Origin: Bdellovibrionales bacterium
Lineage (GTDB): Bacteria; Bdellovibrionota; Bdellovibrionia; Bdellovibrionales; UBA1609
Reading direction: 5' to 3'
Length of the DNA stretch: 64,000 nt
Assembly (NCBI GenBank): GCA_965116175.1
Contig: OZ220490.1
Span: forward strand, 1,283,548 to 1,347,547
Positions 40,004-48,796 of this stretch are shown one piece after another. A program made the position numbers and the translations under genes. Within the stretch, counting starts at the first letter, position 1; every line of letters starts with the position of its first letter. The notes beneath the pieces are model-generated. The model ran no database searches, was not told where the DNA came from, and saw only the letters and a program-made list of their open reading frames with translations.

Positions 40004-40177
40004 ATGAAAAAACTATTTATAATTTTATTTTTATTTCTAAGCTGTGAAACGCACTTAGAGACAAAACGAGTTTGTATATTACCTCCTGGAAAAAAAATTG
40101 AAGATGTTGATTATAGCAACCTAGAATATGACAAAGAATGTGAGATTTGGGAGGAACATGAGCATACTATTTAAGTT
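40004..40177 (+). CDS. small putative lipoprotein (57 aa, below the ORF-track cutoff)
   Basis: ATG at 40004 follows aaggaagag. MKKLFIILFLFLSC has a lipobox-like L-S-C. Confidence 0.4.
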
Positions 40178-40454
40178 CATTTTATTTTTTTCTTTAAATT
40201 CCTATGCTAATAAAATTGAGAGTTTAATAAAAGAATTTGATAGCGGAAATACTAGATTTTGCTTTGTCCCTTACAAAGAGAGGTGTGTGAAATCTTTTAG
40301 AAGTCCAGCAAAATTTAGGGTTTCAAGAAGAATTTACTCAGCTATTAGCACAAGGACAAAGATTGTAAATGATCACTTTGATTCTCCAATTGTGGTATTT
40401 CAAGCAAGCCAAAGTTTTATAGAATATAGGAGATTGACGGATCGAGTTGTCTAG
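40158..40454 (+). CDS. small hypothetical secreted protein
   Basis: The internal ATG at 40158 of track ORF 40128..40454 gives the signal-peptide-like MSILFKFILFFSLNSYA. It overlaps the end of the upstream small ORF. Confidence 0.4.
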   Translation: MSILFKFILFFSLNSYANKIESLIKEFDSGNTRFCFVPYKERCVKSFRSPAKFRVSRRIYSAISTRTKIVNDHFDSPIVVFQASQSFIEYRRLTDRVV

Positions 40455-40474
40455 TTGAAATGGAGGTCAGGACA

Positions 40475-41056
40475 CTACATAGAAAGATAAAGGTTTAAAT
40501 TTTTATCCAGCTTTTTTAAAAGAGTCTGCTTTTCCTCCCCGTCCATTTCAAAACCCTGATGCTCCTTTAAAGCACTTTTTAAAATTTCAGGATGAGCCAA
40601 TTCCTTGGGTAAAACCCCCTGTAAAAATAAAATTTTAATTTGAAAAAACAACTTTAAAGAATCCAAAGAGGGACTATTTTGCGCCAGCATAAGAGCATTG
40701 CCAAGAAGATGAAACAACTCCTCCGAATCTTCTGTTCCCTCCTGGCTGATCTCATCAAGGACTTTTAAAAAATAAAGTGCTAAACTTAAACGATTATAAT
40801 CCTTTCGGAGATTGGGAAAATCCTCTAAAAACCAAGCCTGCTGCAGCCTGTGAAGAGATTTTTTGGAAGGGCGATATTCTAATTCAATATAAGCTGTAGG
40901 CTCTAAAACACCTCCCGAAAAGCGTTTTTTACTTTTTAAAGCCCCTTTAACTATAAAAGAAAGTTGACAGCCCTTTGCATTTAAACCCCGAACTATCAGA
41001 TCAGATTCAGAAAAAGGCTGATTTTTTAAAACAATAATACGATCGCGAATGAGCAT
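40475..41056 (-). CDS. recO: DNA repair protein RecO (short form)
   Basis: 193 aa. The N-terminal OB-fold pattern IVLKNQPFSESDLIVRGLNAKGCQLSFIVKGALKSKKRFSGGVLEP is typical of RecO. Confidence 0.8.
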   Translation of the reverse strand: MLIRDRIIVLKNQPFSESDLIVRGLNAKGCQLSFIVKGALKSKKRFSGGVLEPTAYIELEYRPSKKSLHRLQQAWFLEDFPNLRKDYNRLSLALYFLKVLDEISQEGTEDSEELFHLLGNALMLAQNSPSLDSLKLFFQIKILFLQGVLPKELAHPEILKSALKEHQGFEMDGEEKQTLLKKLDKNLNLYLSM

Positions 41057-41304
41057 TGTATGCTAAATCTTGTTTGAAATTTTCAGTTTTTGTGCTTTTA
41101 TTATCTAAATAAATATCCATTTATCAAGTGAAATTTGGTTTGGTTCCTAATGACTAGACACTTCCAATGGAAAAAAAATTCTGATTCAAAGCTTTTTGCT
41201 TTAAATTCCTTTTCTTTTATAGTATTTTGCCTTACTCAGCTTCTATATTGAAAAAGAGATATAATGAAAAAAATTACAACTCAATAAAATTTATAGGTGA
41301 AGTG

Positions 41305-42489
41305 ATGAAAACTCATAACAGTATGAAAATTTTAGTTCTTTTTGGTTTAGTATTTTCGCAATTAGGTTTTGCAAATAAAGAAAAACGGCCTTTACCAAAT
41401 GGACAATTTCAATCTCTTTTTACAAATCGAGAAGATTATCCGGCTGTTGTGCAAATCTACAATAAATTTGGTTTTGGGACTGCTTTTTTTATTAGTCCTG
41501 AACTTGTGGTTACAAATTTCCATGTTATTCTTTTGGATTTTAAAGATTCAATAGATAACACTTTTATAGAAACTGTGAATGAAAAAGAAATTCCAATCAA
41601 ATCAATTGTTGCTCTTGACGGTATAAATGATTTAGCTATTTTACAAGTGAAAGATTACCAATCTGAAGACTATTATGAGCTTCGTTTTAATAATAAACCA
41701 ACAAGTTTAAATCAAAAAGTTCACACAATGGGTTTCCCTGGGGGTGAGTTTAGGTATGGACAGGGGAATATTCATAAAAAAACTTCTAACAACATTTATG
41801 CTAATATTCAAGGAATGAGGCCAGGATTCAGTGGTTCGCCGGTATTTTCCAATACAGGAGAGTTAGTTGGTGTTCTTAGCGTCTCAACAGGATATAGTGT
41901 AGGTTTAGTGTCTTTTGAAAAATTAAAGGAACTTTTATCTAAAGGTTCTTTGAATTGTGATTCCAGTATTTGTATAAGTGAAGAGATAGGGAGAATTAAA
42001 GACTTAGCAGAACAAGGAGATAGAAAGGCTCAATTTATGTTAGCGAGAATGTATTTTGAAGGTCTAGGAGTGGAGCAAAATTATGAAGAGGCTTTTAAAT
42101 GGTTTGAGATGGCAGCTCTTCATATAGAGGCTCAATTTAATTTAGCGGTAATGTATTTGGAAGGTATAGGAGTAAAGAAAAATTATGAAGAAGCTTTTAA
42201 ATGGTTTGAGATGGCAGCTCTTCAAGGAGATAGAAAGGCTCAATTTGAATTAGGGTACATGTATTTTGAAGGTTTAGGAGTGGAGCAAAATTATGAAGAG
42301 GCTTTTAAATGGTTTGAGATGGCAGCTCTTCAAGGAGATAGAAAGGCTCAATTTGAATTAGGGTACATGTATTTTGAAGGTTTAGGAGTGGAGCAAAATT
42401 ATGAAGAGGCTTTTAAATGGTTTGAGATGGCAGCTCTTCAAGGAGATATGGAGGCTCAATCTTATTTAGATAAGTATTTTAAAAGGTAG
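41305..42489 (+). CDS. secreted trypsin-like serine protease domain fused to 4 Sel1 repeats (paralog of 30537..32282)
   Basis: ATG at 41305 follows aggtgaagtg. Same signal peptide and triad contexts as the paralog (VVTNFHVI, NDLAILQV, GFSGSPVF). Four Sel1 units and the identical tail EAQSYLDKYFKR. Confidence 0.85.
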   Translation: MKTHNSMKILVLFGLVFSQLGFANKEKRPLPNGQFQSLFTNREDYPAVVQIYNKFGFGTAFFISPELVVTNFHVILLDFKDSIDNTFIETVNEKEIPIKSIVALDGINDLAILQVKDYQSEDYYELRFNNKPTSLNQKVHTMGFPGGEFRYGQGNIHKKTSNNIYANIQGMRPGFSGSPVFSNTGELVGVLSVSTGYSVGLVSFEKLKELLSKGSLNCDSSICISEEIGRIKDLAEQGDRKAQFMLARMYFEGLGVEQNYEEAFKWFEMAALHIEAQFNLAVMYLEGIGVKKNYEEAFKWFEMAALQGDRKAQFELGYMYFEGLGVEQNYEEAFKWFEMAALQGDRKAQFELGYMYFEGLGVEQNYEEAFKWFEMAALQGDMEAQSYLDKYFKR

Positions 42490-42620
42490 AGGAGTGGAGC
42501 AAAATGATGAAGAGGCTTTAAAATGGCTTGAGAAGGCAGCTCTTCAATAAGATATGGAGGCTCAATTTTAAATTAGCGAACATGTATTTTGAAGGTGAGG
42601 AGTGGAGCAAAATGACAATT
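42490..42620 (+). pseudogene. decayed Sel1 repeat units downstream of the stop codon
   Basis: The sequence after the TAG still reads GVEQNDEEALKWLEKAALQ*DMEAQF*..MYFEG.GVEQND, with stops and frame breaks. Confidence 0.8.
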
Positions 42621-42647
42621 ACTTATTTATGATTATCTTTTAAAGTT

Positions 42648-44048
42648 ATGAAAGTTTCAATTATTGGTTCAGGGCGTATAGGCTTATCTTTAGGGGTTGT
42701 ATTGGCTAAATCCGGATGTGAAGTTCTGATGACAGACAAAGATCCATCCAAAAAAAAATCTGTAACAGGTGAATCCCTGTCCTTTTATGAGCCAAATTTA
42801 CAAAATGACATAAAAGAAAGTCAAAACAATCTGGAATGGACAAGCTACACAGAAAAAATCATCTCTTCTGATTTAATCTTTTTATGTTTAAGCGCTCCAT
42901 TAAACAAGTCAGGGGATCTGAATTTAACAGAAATTCTGGAATGGGCAAAACTCATTGCTGAAAACACTAAAAAAGAAAAACTCTTGATCATTAAAAGCAC
43001 TCTTCCCATTGGAACAAACCAAAAAATTCATTCTATTGCTAAAGAGAGAAAAGCCCCTTTATCTGTTATCACCTGTCCTGAATTTTTAAGACAGGGGCAG
43101 GCTTTAAAAGATATGTATTCCCCTGAGAGAATTGTTATTGGATCAAGAGATTTACATATAGGCAAAAAATTGGAAGCGCTTTATAAAAAATTCTCAAATC
43201 CAAAACACATTATTCATACAGATCCGGAAACAGCAGAATTGTCAAAACTAGCCTGCAATTCTTTTTTAGCTGTAAAAATCAGTTTTATCAATGAGTTTGC
43301 AGGACTTTGTGAACAAGTGAAGGCTAATCCTAAAACATTACAACTTATTTTAGGAACAGATCCTCGTATAGGGAAAGATTTTTTAAACTCTGGTCTCGGT
43401 TATGGAGGCTACTGTCTTCCCAAGGATATTCAGTTAAGTGTCCGTGAAGGGCAAAAAAGAAGTCAAAATATGAACATATTAAAGAGCGCTCAACAAATAA
43501 ATAACTCCCTTACAAAAGAATTTTTCCAAAAGATCAAACAGCATTATAAAAATTTAAAGTTTATTTCTCTGGCTTTTTGGGGCCTCAGTTTTAAACAAAA
43601 TACAGACGACTTAAAAAACTCCCCGGCTTTAAATTTACTTTGCCAGCTTCTAAAAATAGGAGCTGAAATTCATGTTTATGATCCTCTCTTTATTAAAGAA
43701 AAAACTTTTATGTTTTTTAAAAGTGATTTAAAAAAACAGGGGGTTTATTTTAATAAGTTTTTTAAAGTCCTGCCTGTTCAAAAAGAGGATCAAATAAGTT
43801 TTTTAAAACAAAAAATAATGGCTGGAAAAGTTTTATTTCACAAAACAGCTCTGGACAGTCTTGATGGCAGACAGGGGTTGATCATTGGTTCCGATTGTGA
43901 GGAATTTAAGCAAATTTCTCTATCACAAATTAAACAGAAACTCAGTCAACCTTTTCTTGTTGACGGCAGAAACCTGTTTTCAGCAAAGGATTTACAAAAA
44001 GAAAATTTCTCTTTTTATCAAAGAGGATACTCTTTTATAAAAAAATAA
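42648..44048 (+). CDS. UDP-glucose/GDP-mannose 6-dehydrogenase family protein
   Basis: N-terminal Rossmann IIGSGRIGLSLG and catalytic Cys context GYGGYCLPKD. Confidence 0.88.
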   Translation: MKVSIIGSGRIGLSLGVVLAKSGCEVLMTDKDPSKKKSVTGESLSFYEPNLQNDIKESQNNLEWTSYTEKIISSDLIFLCLSAPLNKSGDLNLTEILEWAKLIAENTKKEKLLIIKSTLPIGTNQKIHSIAKERKAPLSVITCPEFLRQGQALKDMYSPERIVIGSRDLHIGKKLEALYKKFSNPKHIIHTDPETAELSKLACNSFLAVKISFINEFAGLCEQVKANPKTLQLILGTDPRIGKDFLNSGLGYGGYCLPKDIQLSVREGQKRSQNMNILKSAQQINNSLTKEFFQKIKQHYKNLKFISLAFWGLSFKQNTDDLKNSPALNLLCQLLKIGAEIHVYDPLFIKEKTFMFFKSDLKKQGVYFNKFFKVLPVQKEDQISFLKQKIMAGKVLFHKTALDSLDGRQGLIIGSDCEEFKQISLSQIKQKLSQPFLVDGRNLFSAKDLQKENFSFYQRGYSFIKK

Positions 44049-44068
44049 CTTTTTAAATATCTGAATTT

Positions 44069-45391
44069 TTAATCAAATGATCTTTTAGTTGATTTTAAAA
44101 AATCTTTAATTTTGCCGGCAAAAAACTCACTCTCTTTGAAAACCTTTTGTTTATCCAAAGTTTTTAGCTTATAGTTCTCCATTAAAACCCGGCCTTCACA
44201 CATAACAAAACTCACTTCATTTCCCAAAGCTGTATAAACAATGTTTGAAATGGGATTGTAAAAAGGATGAAAAGAGGCATGGTTTAAATCCAAAGCAATA
44301 ATATCAGCCCGCTTTCCCACTTCAATACTGCCAATCTCTTTTTCCAAACCCATAGCCCTCGCTCCCTCAAGGCTTGCCATTTTAAATATCTGTTGGGCTG
44401 TTAGACACTCATCTCCATATTTAAGAGCCTGTAATTTTGCCCCTGTCCCCATCTCTTCAAAAAAATTTAAGTTATTGTTAGAGGCTGAGCCGTCTGTCCC
44501 CAAGCCTACAACAACACCTTTTTCCAAAGCCTGTCCAACAGGCGCTATGCCATTGGAAAGCTTCATATTGCTTTCAGGGTTATAGGAAAGGGATGTTTGT
44601 GTTTTGGACATGATTTCTAAATCTTTTTCATTCACATGAACACAATGAACAAATAAAGAATTTTTACCTGTCACTCCCAAACTGTGAAGATGCTGGACAG
44701 GGGTTTTGTTATATCTTTTTTTAATTTCTTCTTGCTCCCATACACTTTCTGAAACATGGATGACAAGAGGCAGATTTTCTGATTTGGAAAACTCTCCTAT
44801 TTCCAAAAGAGTTTTTGGCTCCACAGTGTAAGGCGCATGGGGAGCAATACCTATATGAACTCTAGGATGATCTTTAAAAAGGTTTTTTATATCCAATGTT
44901 TTTTTCCTCCATTCCATCCAATCCTTTTCCACACTGGGAACACCTAATCCCACAATTCCCCTTAAACCAGATTCATCTAAAACCTCAGCAATAGCTTTGT
45001 TATAAAAATACATATCGTAACAGGAAGTTATGCCGGATCGGATAAGCTCCACTAAAGAGAGTTTTGTACCCGCCCGGACAAAATCCTCTTTCACCAAGCC
45101 CTCTTCCAAAGGGAAAATATAATCTTCCAGCCAAACTTTTAAAGAAAGATTATCTGCCAATCCTCTAAATAAAGACATTGGGAGATGTGTATGGGTGTTA
45201 ACAAACCCCGGACAAACTAAATGATTTTTTAAATGGTAAGTCTGTTTTGCTTTTAAGCTGGATGAAGGTCCCCCAAGATAAGAAATCCGCCCCTGCTGCA
45301 AACCAACAGCTCTATTAGATTCAAGGACAAATTCATCCTCTTTACATATTAAAATTTTGTCACATAATAAAAGGCTATCGTATTCCTGCAT
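44069..45391 (-). CDS. amidohydrolase, 5-methylthioadenosine/S-adenosylhomocysteine deaminase (MtaD)-like
   Basis: ATG at 45391 (MQEYDSLLL); the track's 60-aa N-terminal extension runs into repeat DNA. Contains GFVNTHTHLPMSLFRGLADN, HVSES and GLGTDGSASNN. Confidence 0.85.
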   Translation of the reverse strand: MQEYDSLLLCDKILICKEDEFVLESNRAVGLQQGRISYLGGPSSSLKAKQTYHLKNHLVCPGFVNTHTHLPMSLFRGLADNLSLKVWLEDYIFPLEEGLVKEDFVRAGTKLSLVELIRSGITSCYDMYFYNKAIAEVLDESGLRGIVGLGVPSVEKDWMEWRKKTLDIKNLFKDHPRVHIGIAPHAPYTVEPKTLLEIGEFSKSENLPLVIHVSESVWEQEEIKKRYNKTPVQHLHSLGVTGKNSLFVHCVHVNEKDLEIMSKTQTSLSYNPESNMKLSNGIAPVGQALEKGVVVGLGTDGSASNNNLNFFEEMGTGAKLQALKYGDECLTAQQIFKMASLEGARAMGLEKEIGSIEVGKRADIIALDLNHASFHPFYNPISNIVYTALGNEVSFVMCEGRVLMENYKLKTLDKQKVFKESEFFAGKIKDFLKSTKRSFD

Positions 45392-45425
45392 AATTTTTTT
45401 ATACTGATCCTGTTTGAAGTTTCCA

Positions 45426-45608
45426 CCTGAGTTCGCCCTTTTGACCTTTAATCTAGTATTATAACATTTTAAAAACTTTATAAATACAAAGATTTTTATT
45501 TTTTTTCCTAGTATGTCTATTTTTTCCCAATATGTCCTCTGACATAAATAAAACATAGTAAAATCAATCATTTATAGGAATCAGGATCTTTGAAAGGGCG
45601 AACTCAGG
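45426..45608. repeat. 16-bp perfect inverted repeat pair enclosing 151 bp (MITE-like or long hairpin)
   Basis: cctgagttcgcccttt (45426-45441) pairs with aaagggcgaactcagg (45593-45608). Confidence 0.6.
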
Positions 45609-45645
45609 AGTTTCCAGTTTTTATTTTTCAAGCAAAAATAACAAA

Positions 45646-45984
45646 GGTTCATGATACTTTAAGTGGCCTTAAAAGTTGGTTAACCTATATTGTATTTACA
45701 TGAAAAATAAGTATTGGTTCAAGACTAGTTAAGCCTACTGTGATAGGAGTTAATGAGTTGAAATGACTGGAAAAAACAAGTATTTTACCCTTTCCCGCAT
45801 TTCTGAGAAGAAATTTAGGGAAATAATCAAGCTCTTTTCAGCCGATCTGACAGCCTCTCAAATAACTTTTTTGACACAAACAAACAGAAATACAATCCAT
45901 AAAATTCTAAAAAATATCAGGATGAGAATCTGTGAGATTTGTGAAAAAGAAACTCCTCTTGAAAAGGGTTTTTCAACAGTCTGA
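45646..45984 (+). mobile_element. truncated IS1595/IS1016-like element: duplicated leader plus the first 73 codons of the transposase
   Basis: MTGKNKYFTLSRISEKKFREIIKLFSADLTASQITFLTQTNRNTIHKILKNIRMRI resembles the IS1016-type N-terminus (SRLSxYKQNKLIELFVAGVTARTAAELVxVNKNTAAFYFHRLR). The ORF stops where the TIR element begins. Confidence 0.6.
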
Positions 45985-45985
45985 C

Positions 45986-46286
45986 GACATGATCTGACAC
46001 CTGTTGAAAAATCCTTTAAAACTTAACCCCATTAAGTTTTATTAAGTATAGACTTGATCCTTTCTTTTTTTAAGCCAAAAAGTAAAATGTATCTCTTGAA
46101 AAGCCCATCACCTTACAGGCTCTTGACACATTACCGAGTTGTTCTGCTAAATTCAGCAAACCAACTTTATTCTTTATGATTTTTCTGTTAGTTTCTATCA
46201 TGGGTTACCTCCTTTATGTTTTGATAGATTTACATCCTTATCAAAACGGGTAACCCTGATCTTTTCAAACAGTGTCAGATCATGTC
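45986..46286 (-). mobile_element. 301-bp miniature element with 15-bp perfect terminal inverted repeats, carrying a truncated HTH transposase N-terminus
   Basis: TIR gacatgatctgacac at 45986-46000, with its reverse complement at 46272-46286. The minus-strand ORF 46070..46201 has a perfect SD (aaggaggtaacccATG) and reads MIETNRKIIKNKVGLLNLAEQLGNVSRACKVMGFSRDTFYF, then a stop. Confidence 0.65.
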
Positions 46287-46459
46287 TTAACTAGTACACC
46301 TAATACCATGGTACCATGGACATTCTTTATTTTGTGACCTGTGGCAGTATCTGCATGACACAAAAAAGAAAAAAACAAACTTGAAAAAATAAGCCACAAA
46401 AATGCTTCCATATTATAATCTCGCTCTTTTACTGGTTTAATGGACTGATTAGTATTTCT

Positions 46460-46849
46460 TTAAAGTTCAAAGGGGATTTCCTGTGAAAGGCTTATTTGTT
46501 TTCTGATATTTTTTATTTTTTTTAATCTCGCCTCTAAAATAGATTTCTGCTGCTTTTTAAACTTTTTATACTCTCTTTTATAGTTTAAAAAAGCCTGTTT
46601 CCGGCGATCTTCAAATTGTTTTTTTTTCTCTTCATATTCAAGAAAAGCTTTTTCTTTCTGCAAAGAATCTCCTTGTGCCCTAATTTTTTTCAATTCTTTT
46701 AATCTCTTTTTCAAAAGATTTTTTCTTTTATTTTTAAACATTTCCTGTTTATTTTTATGTTTTAAAAAGGAGGGGTGCATTCCCATGACTGAAAAGGAAA
46801 AAGCGGGAAAGCAAAGTAAAGCAAACAAAATATAACAAAGCAATCGCAT
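46460..46849 (-). CDS. hypothetical secreted Lys-rich coiled-coil protein
   Basis: Signal peptide MRLLCYILFALLCFPAFSFS followed by highly charged K/E/R heptad-like sequence. Confidence 0.5.
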   Translation of the reverse strand: MRLLCYILFALLCFPAFSFSVMGMHPSFLKHKNKQEMFKNKRKNLLKKRLKELKKIRAQGDSLQKEKAFLEYEEKKKQFEDRRKQAFLNYKREYKKFKKQQKSILEARLKKIKNIRKQISLSQEIPFEL

Positions 46850-47019
46850 AAAGTAAATATACCCTGTTTTAAAAACTTGTAAAAGAATAAATAAGCAACT
46901 GGACTTTAATTGATCAACATAAAACCTGTCTCATAAATACAAATATAGAACAGAACCATACCATGAATGCAGCCCAGGCATGACACAAAAACAATGTGAG
47001 GACTTAAAAAAAATTTAGT

Positions 47020-47769
47020 TCAAACAGAATCAGTATATGCCGGAGCCTTGCCTTTTGCCTTAGGTATAAGTTCTTCCAAACTCAAACCTGTTAAAATTTT
47101 TAGCTTTTTTAAAATCCACCAAAGCAAAAAAACCGTAATAAAAGTTAAGGGCAGAGCAATAAAAACATAGCCCATCCAAGTCATATCTGCCACCTGTTCA
47201 TTAATAAGCTGTCTTTTTGTTTCCTCATCAAGTTGGGGATCAATATCCTTAAAAACCCAAATGGCAATTACAAAATTTAAAACAGCGCTTAACACAAAGG
47301 AGCCACTTAACGCCAAAGTGGAAGTATTCATAAGTTTTTCAAAATCTTTTTCCTTATTGTTTTCTTCAAGTTTATTTTTAATAAGATCAGTATCAAAAAG
47401 TGAGGTTTTAAAAACAAAAAGCTCAGCCAATGGTTTTTTTAAAAAAATAGAACCCAAGGCAACAAAAGCCAAAACCATAGGAATAGCGCCCTCTTTAATG
47501 GCAAAATAAATGCCTTCAAGCTGGAGCAAAGCCAATCCCCCTGTAAGGGCAATACTGACAAGACCAATAAGAGAAACAGCATTAATTTTTCTGGCTATTA
47601 TAAAATCCTTTAATCCATATAAAAAAGGGAAGGCTAAAGCAATAAGCAAAACATAAACAGGAGCGGATTCAGAGGATATAAATTGTTGCCCTTTATTTAA
47701 TACAACAACAGGCAAAACAATATTAAAACCTAAATTATAAAAAGGATTTTCTTTTTTAGACTGTATCAC
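47020..47769 (-). CDS. hypothetical polytopic membrane protein
   Basis: 249 aa with about 6 hydrophobic segments. The N-terminus ENPFYNLGFNIVLPVVVLNK is reminiscent of VC0807/septation-protein-like families (from memory, unverified). Confidence 0.55.
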   Translation of the reverse strand: MIQSKKENPFYNLGFNIVLPVVVLNKGQQFISSESAPVYVLLIALAFPFLYGLKDFIIARKINAVSLIGLVSIALTGGLALLQLEGIYFAIKEGAIPMVLAFVALGSIFLKKPLAELFVFKTSLFDTDLIKNKLEENNKEKDFEKLMNTSTLALSGSFVLSAVLNFVIAIWVFKDIDPQLDEETKRQLINEQVADMTWMGYVFIALPLTFITVFLLWWILKKLKILTGLSLEELIPKAKGKAPAYTDSV

Positions 47770-47798
47770 AAGACGCTGATGTATTTAATGTAAAGATT

Positions 47799-48113
47799 TT
47801 ATTTTGAAAGGGAATGCTGTTGGCTTCTGGTTTTATTCCAAGTAATGATTTTATCAAGAAACTGTTGTTGAAGGGACTCTATAGAATCTGAAATTCTATC
47901 TTTTTTGGAATAAATTTCAAAAGAACAAGTTCCCGCAGATGAAACTTTTAAACGAGCTTCATAAAGCTTCCCTTTTTTAGTAAGAGAAGCTGTTTTTTTG
48001 GAATCACTGGGAGCGCGGCTCTCAATAAGACTGTAAAAAAACTGGCTCTGTTCTTTGACAGAATTATTGGGAATAAAGCCATTAAATTGAAAGTTATTTA
48101 GTTCTTTGCTCAT
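47799..48113 (-). CDS. hypothetical protein, possibly ribosome hibernation factor (HPF/RaiA)-like
   Basis: 104 aa. The C-terminal pattern LKVSSAGTCSFEIYSKKDRISDSIESLQQQFLDKIITWNKTR loosely follows the HPF beta-alpha layout. This is a weak call. Confidence 0.3.
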   Translation of the reverse strand: MSKELNNFQFNGFIPNNSVKEQSQFFYSLIESRAPSDSKKTASLTKKGKLYEARLKVSSAGTCSFEIYSKKDRISDSIESLQQQFLDKIITWNKTRSQQHSLSK

Positions 48114-48388
48114 GGCTTAATCATAGCAAAGAAACCTATATTAAAGTCAATCAAGCAAAATTATTGCAGTGCATTAAATTACATTTTCTGTCAAAAAAAT
48201 GACAAACTGTCAAAAAAACTATTACTCAAACTTATTTTTCAATTTACTTATAGTTATATAAGCCCCTTTCTTATGATTTTACATCTCTCTTAATAAAGGG
48301 AAATCTTAAAATTGCTTATAAAGATTAAATCAAATAAGAGCCATATCAAAACCAACAAACTTAATTTGTAGAATATTTAAACAAATCT

Positions 48389-48601
48389 TTACTGTAAAGA
48401 GTGATTTTTTACCCTAACCACAGTCATACAACTATGGCATTGAGCTCTCTCTACAACAAAGTGACTTTGAGGCAAATACTCAACATGAGTATCTAAAGCT
48501 TTCCCACAGAGATAACATTCATTTTGCACCTTAAGGAAATCCTTTTTTGTTGTATTTTGACTTTTTTCTTCTGGTTTATTTTTTTGGCTGTATTTACTCA
48601 T
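48389..48601 (-). CDS. small zinc-ribbon protein
   Basis: 70 aa with two CxxC pairs (CYLCGK ... CHSC). Confidence 0.45.
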   Translation of the reverse strand: MSKYSQKNKPEEKSQNTTKKDFLKVQNECYLCGKALDTHVEYLPQSHFVVERAQCHSCMTVVRVKNHSLQ

Positions 48602-48796
48602 ATATCCTTTCCAGTCATAAAGACTTTTTTGTTGTCATACATATCTACTGCAAAAAAGATTCCAAACTGACTGGACTTAGGTATAAAAAATAAAGTTTTC
48701 TGCTCTTTTTGAAAAATATTAAGAAGTTTTCTGATGGATATTTTGAACCTACTTTTGACTTGAGAAGTAGCATTTATTCAGTTAAAAAAACCAAAT

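Noticed and set aside
48725-48775. tRNA-like T-arm (ggatattttgaacc) upstream of mfd
   Set aside because: It does not fit GGTTCGAATCC/GGATTCGAACC geometry, and no acceptor or anticodon stems can be drawn. No other tRNA-like T-loops were seen in the window.
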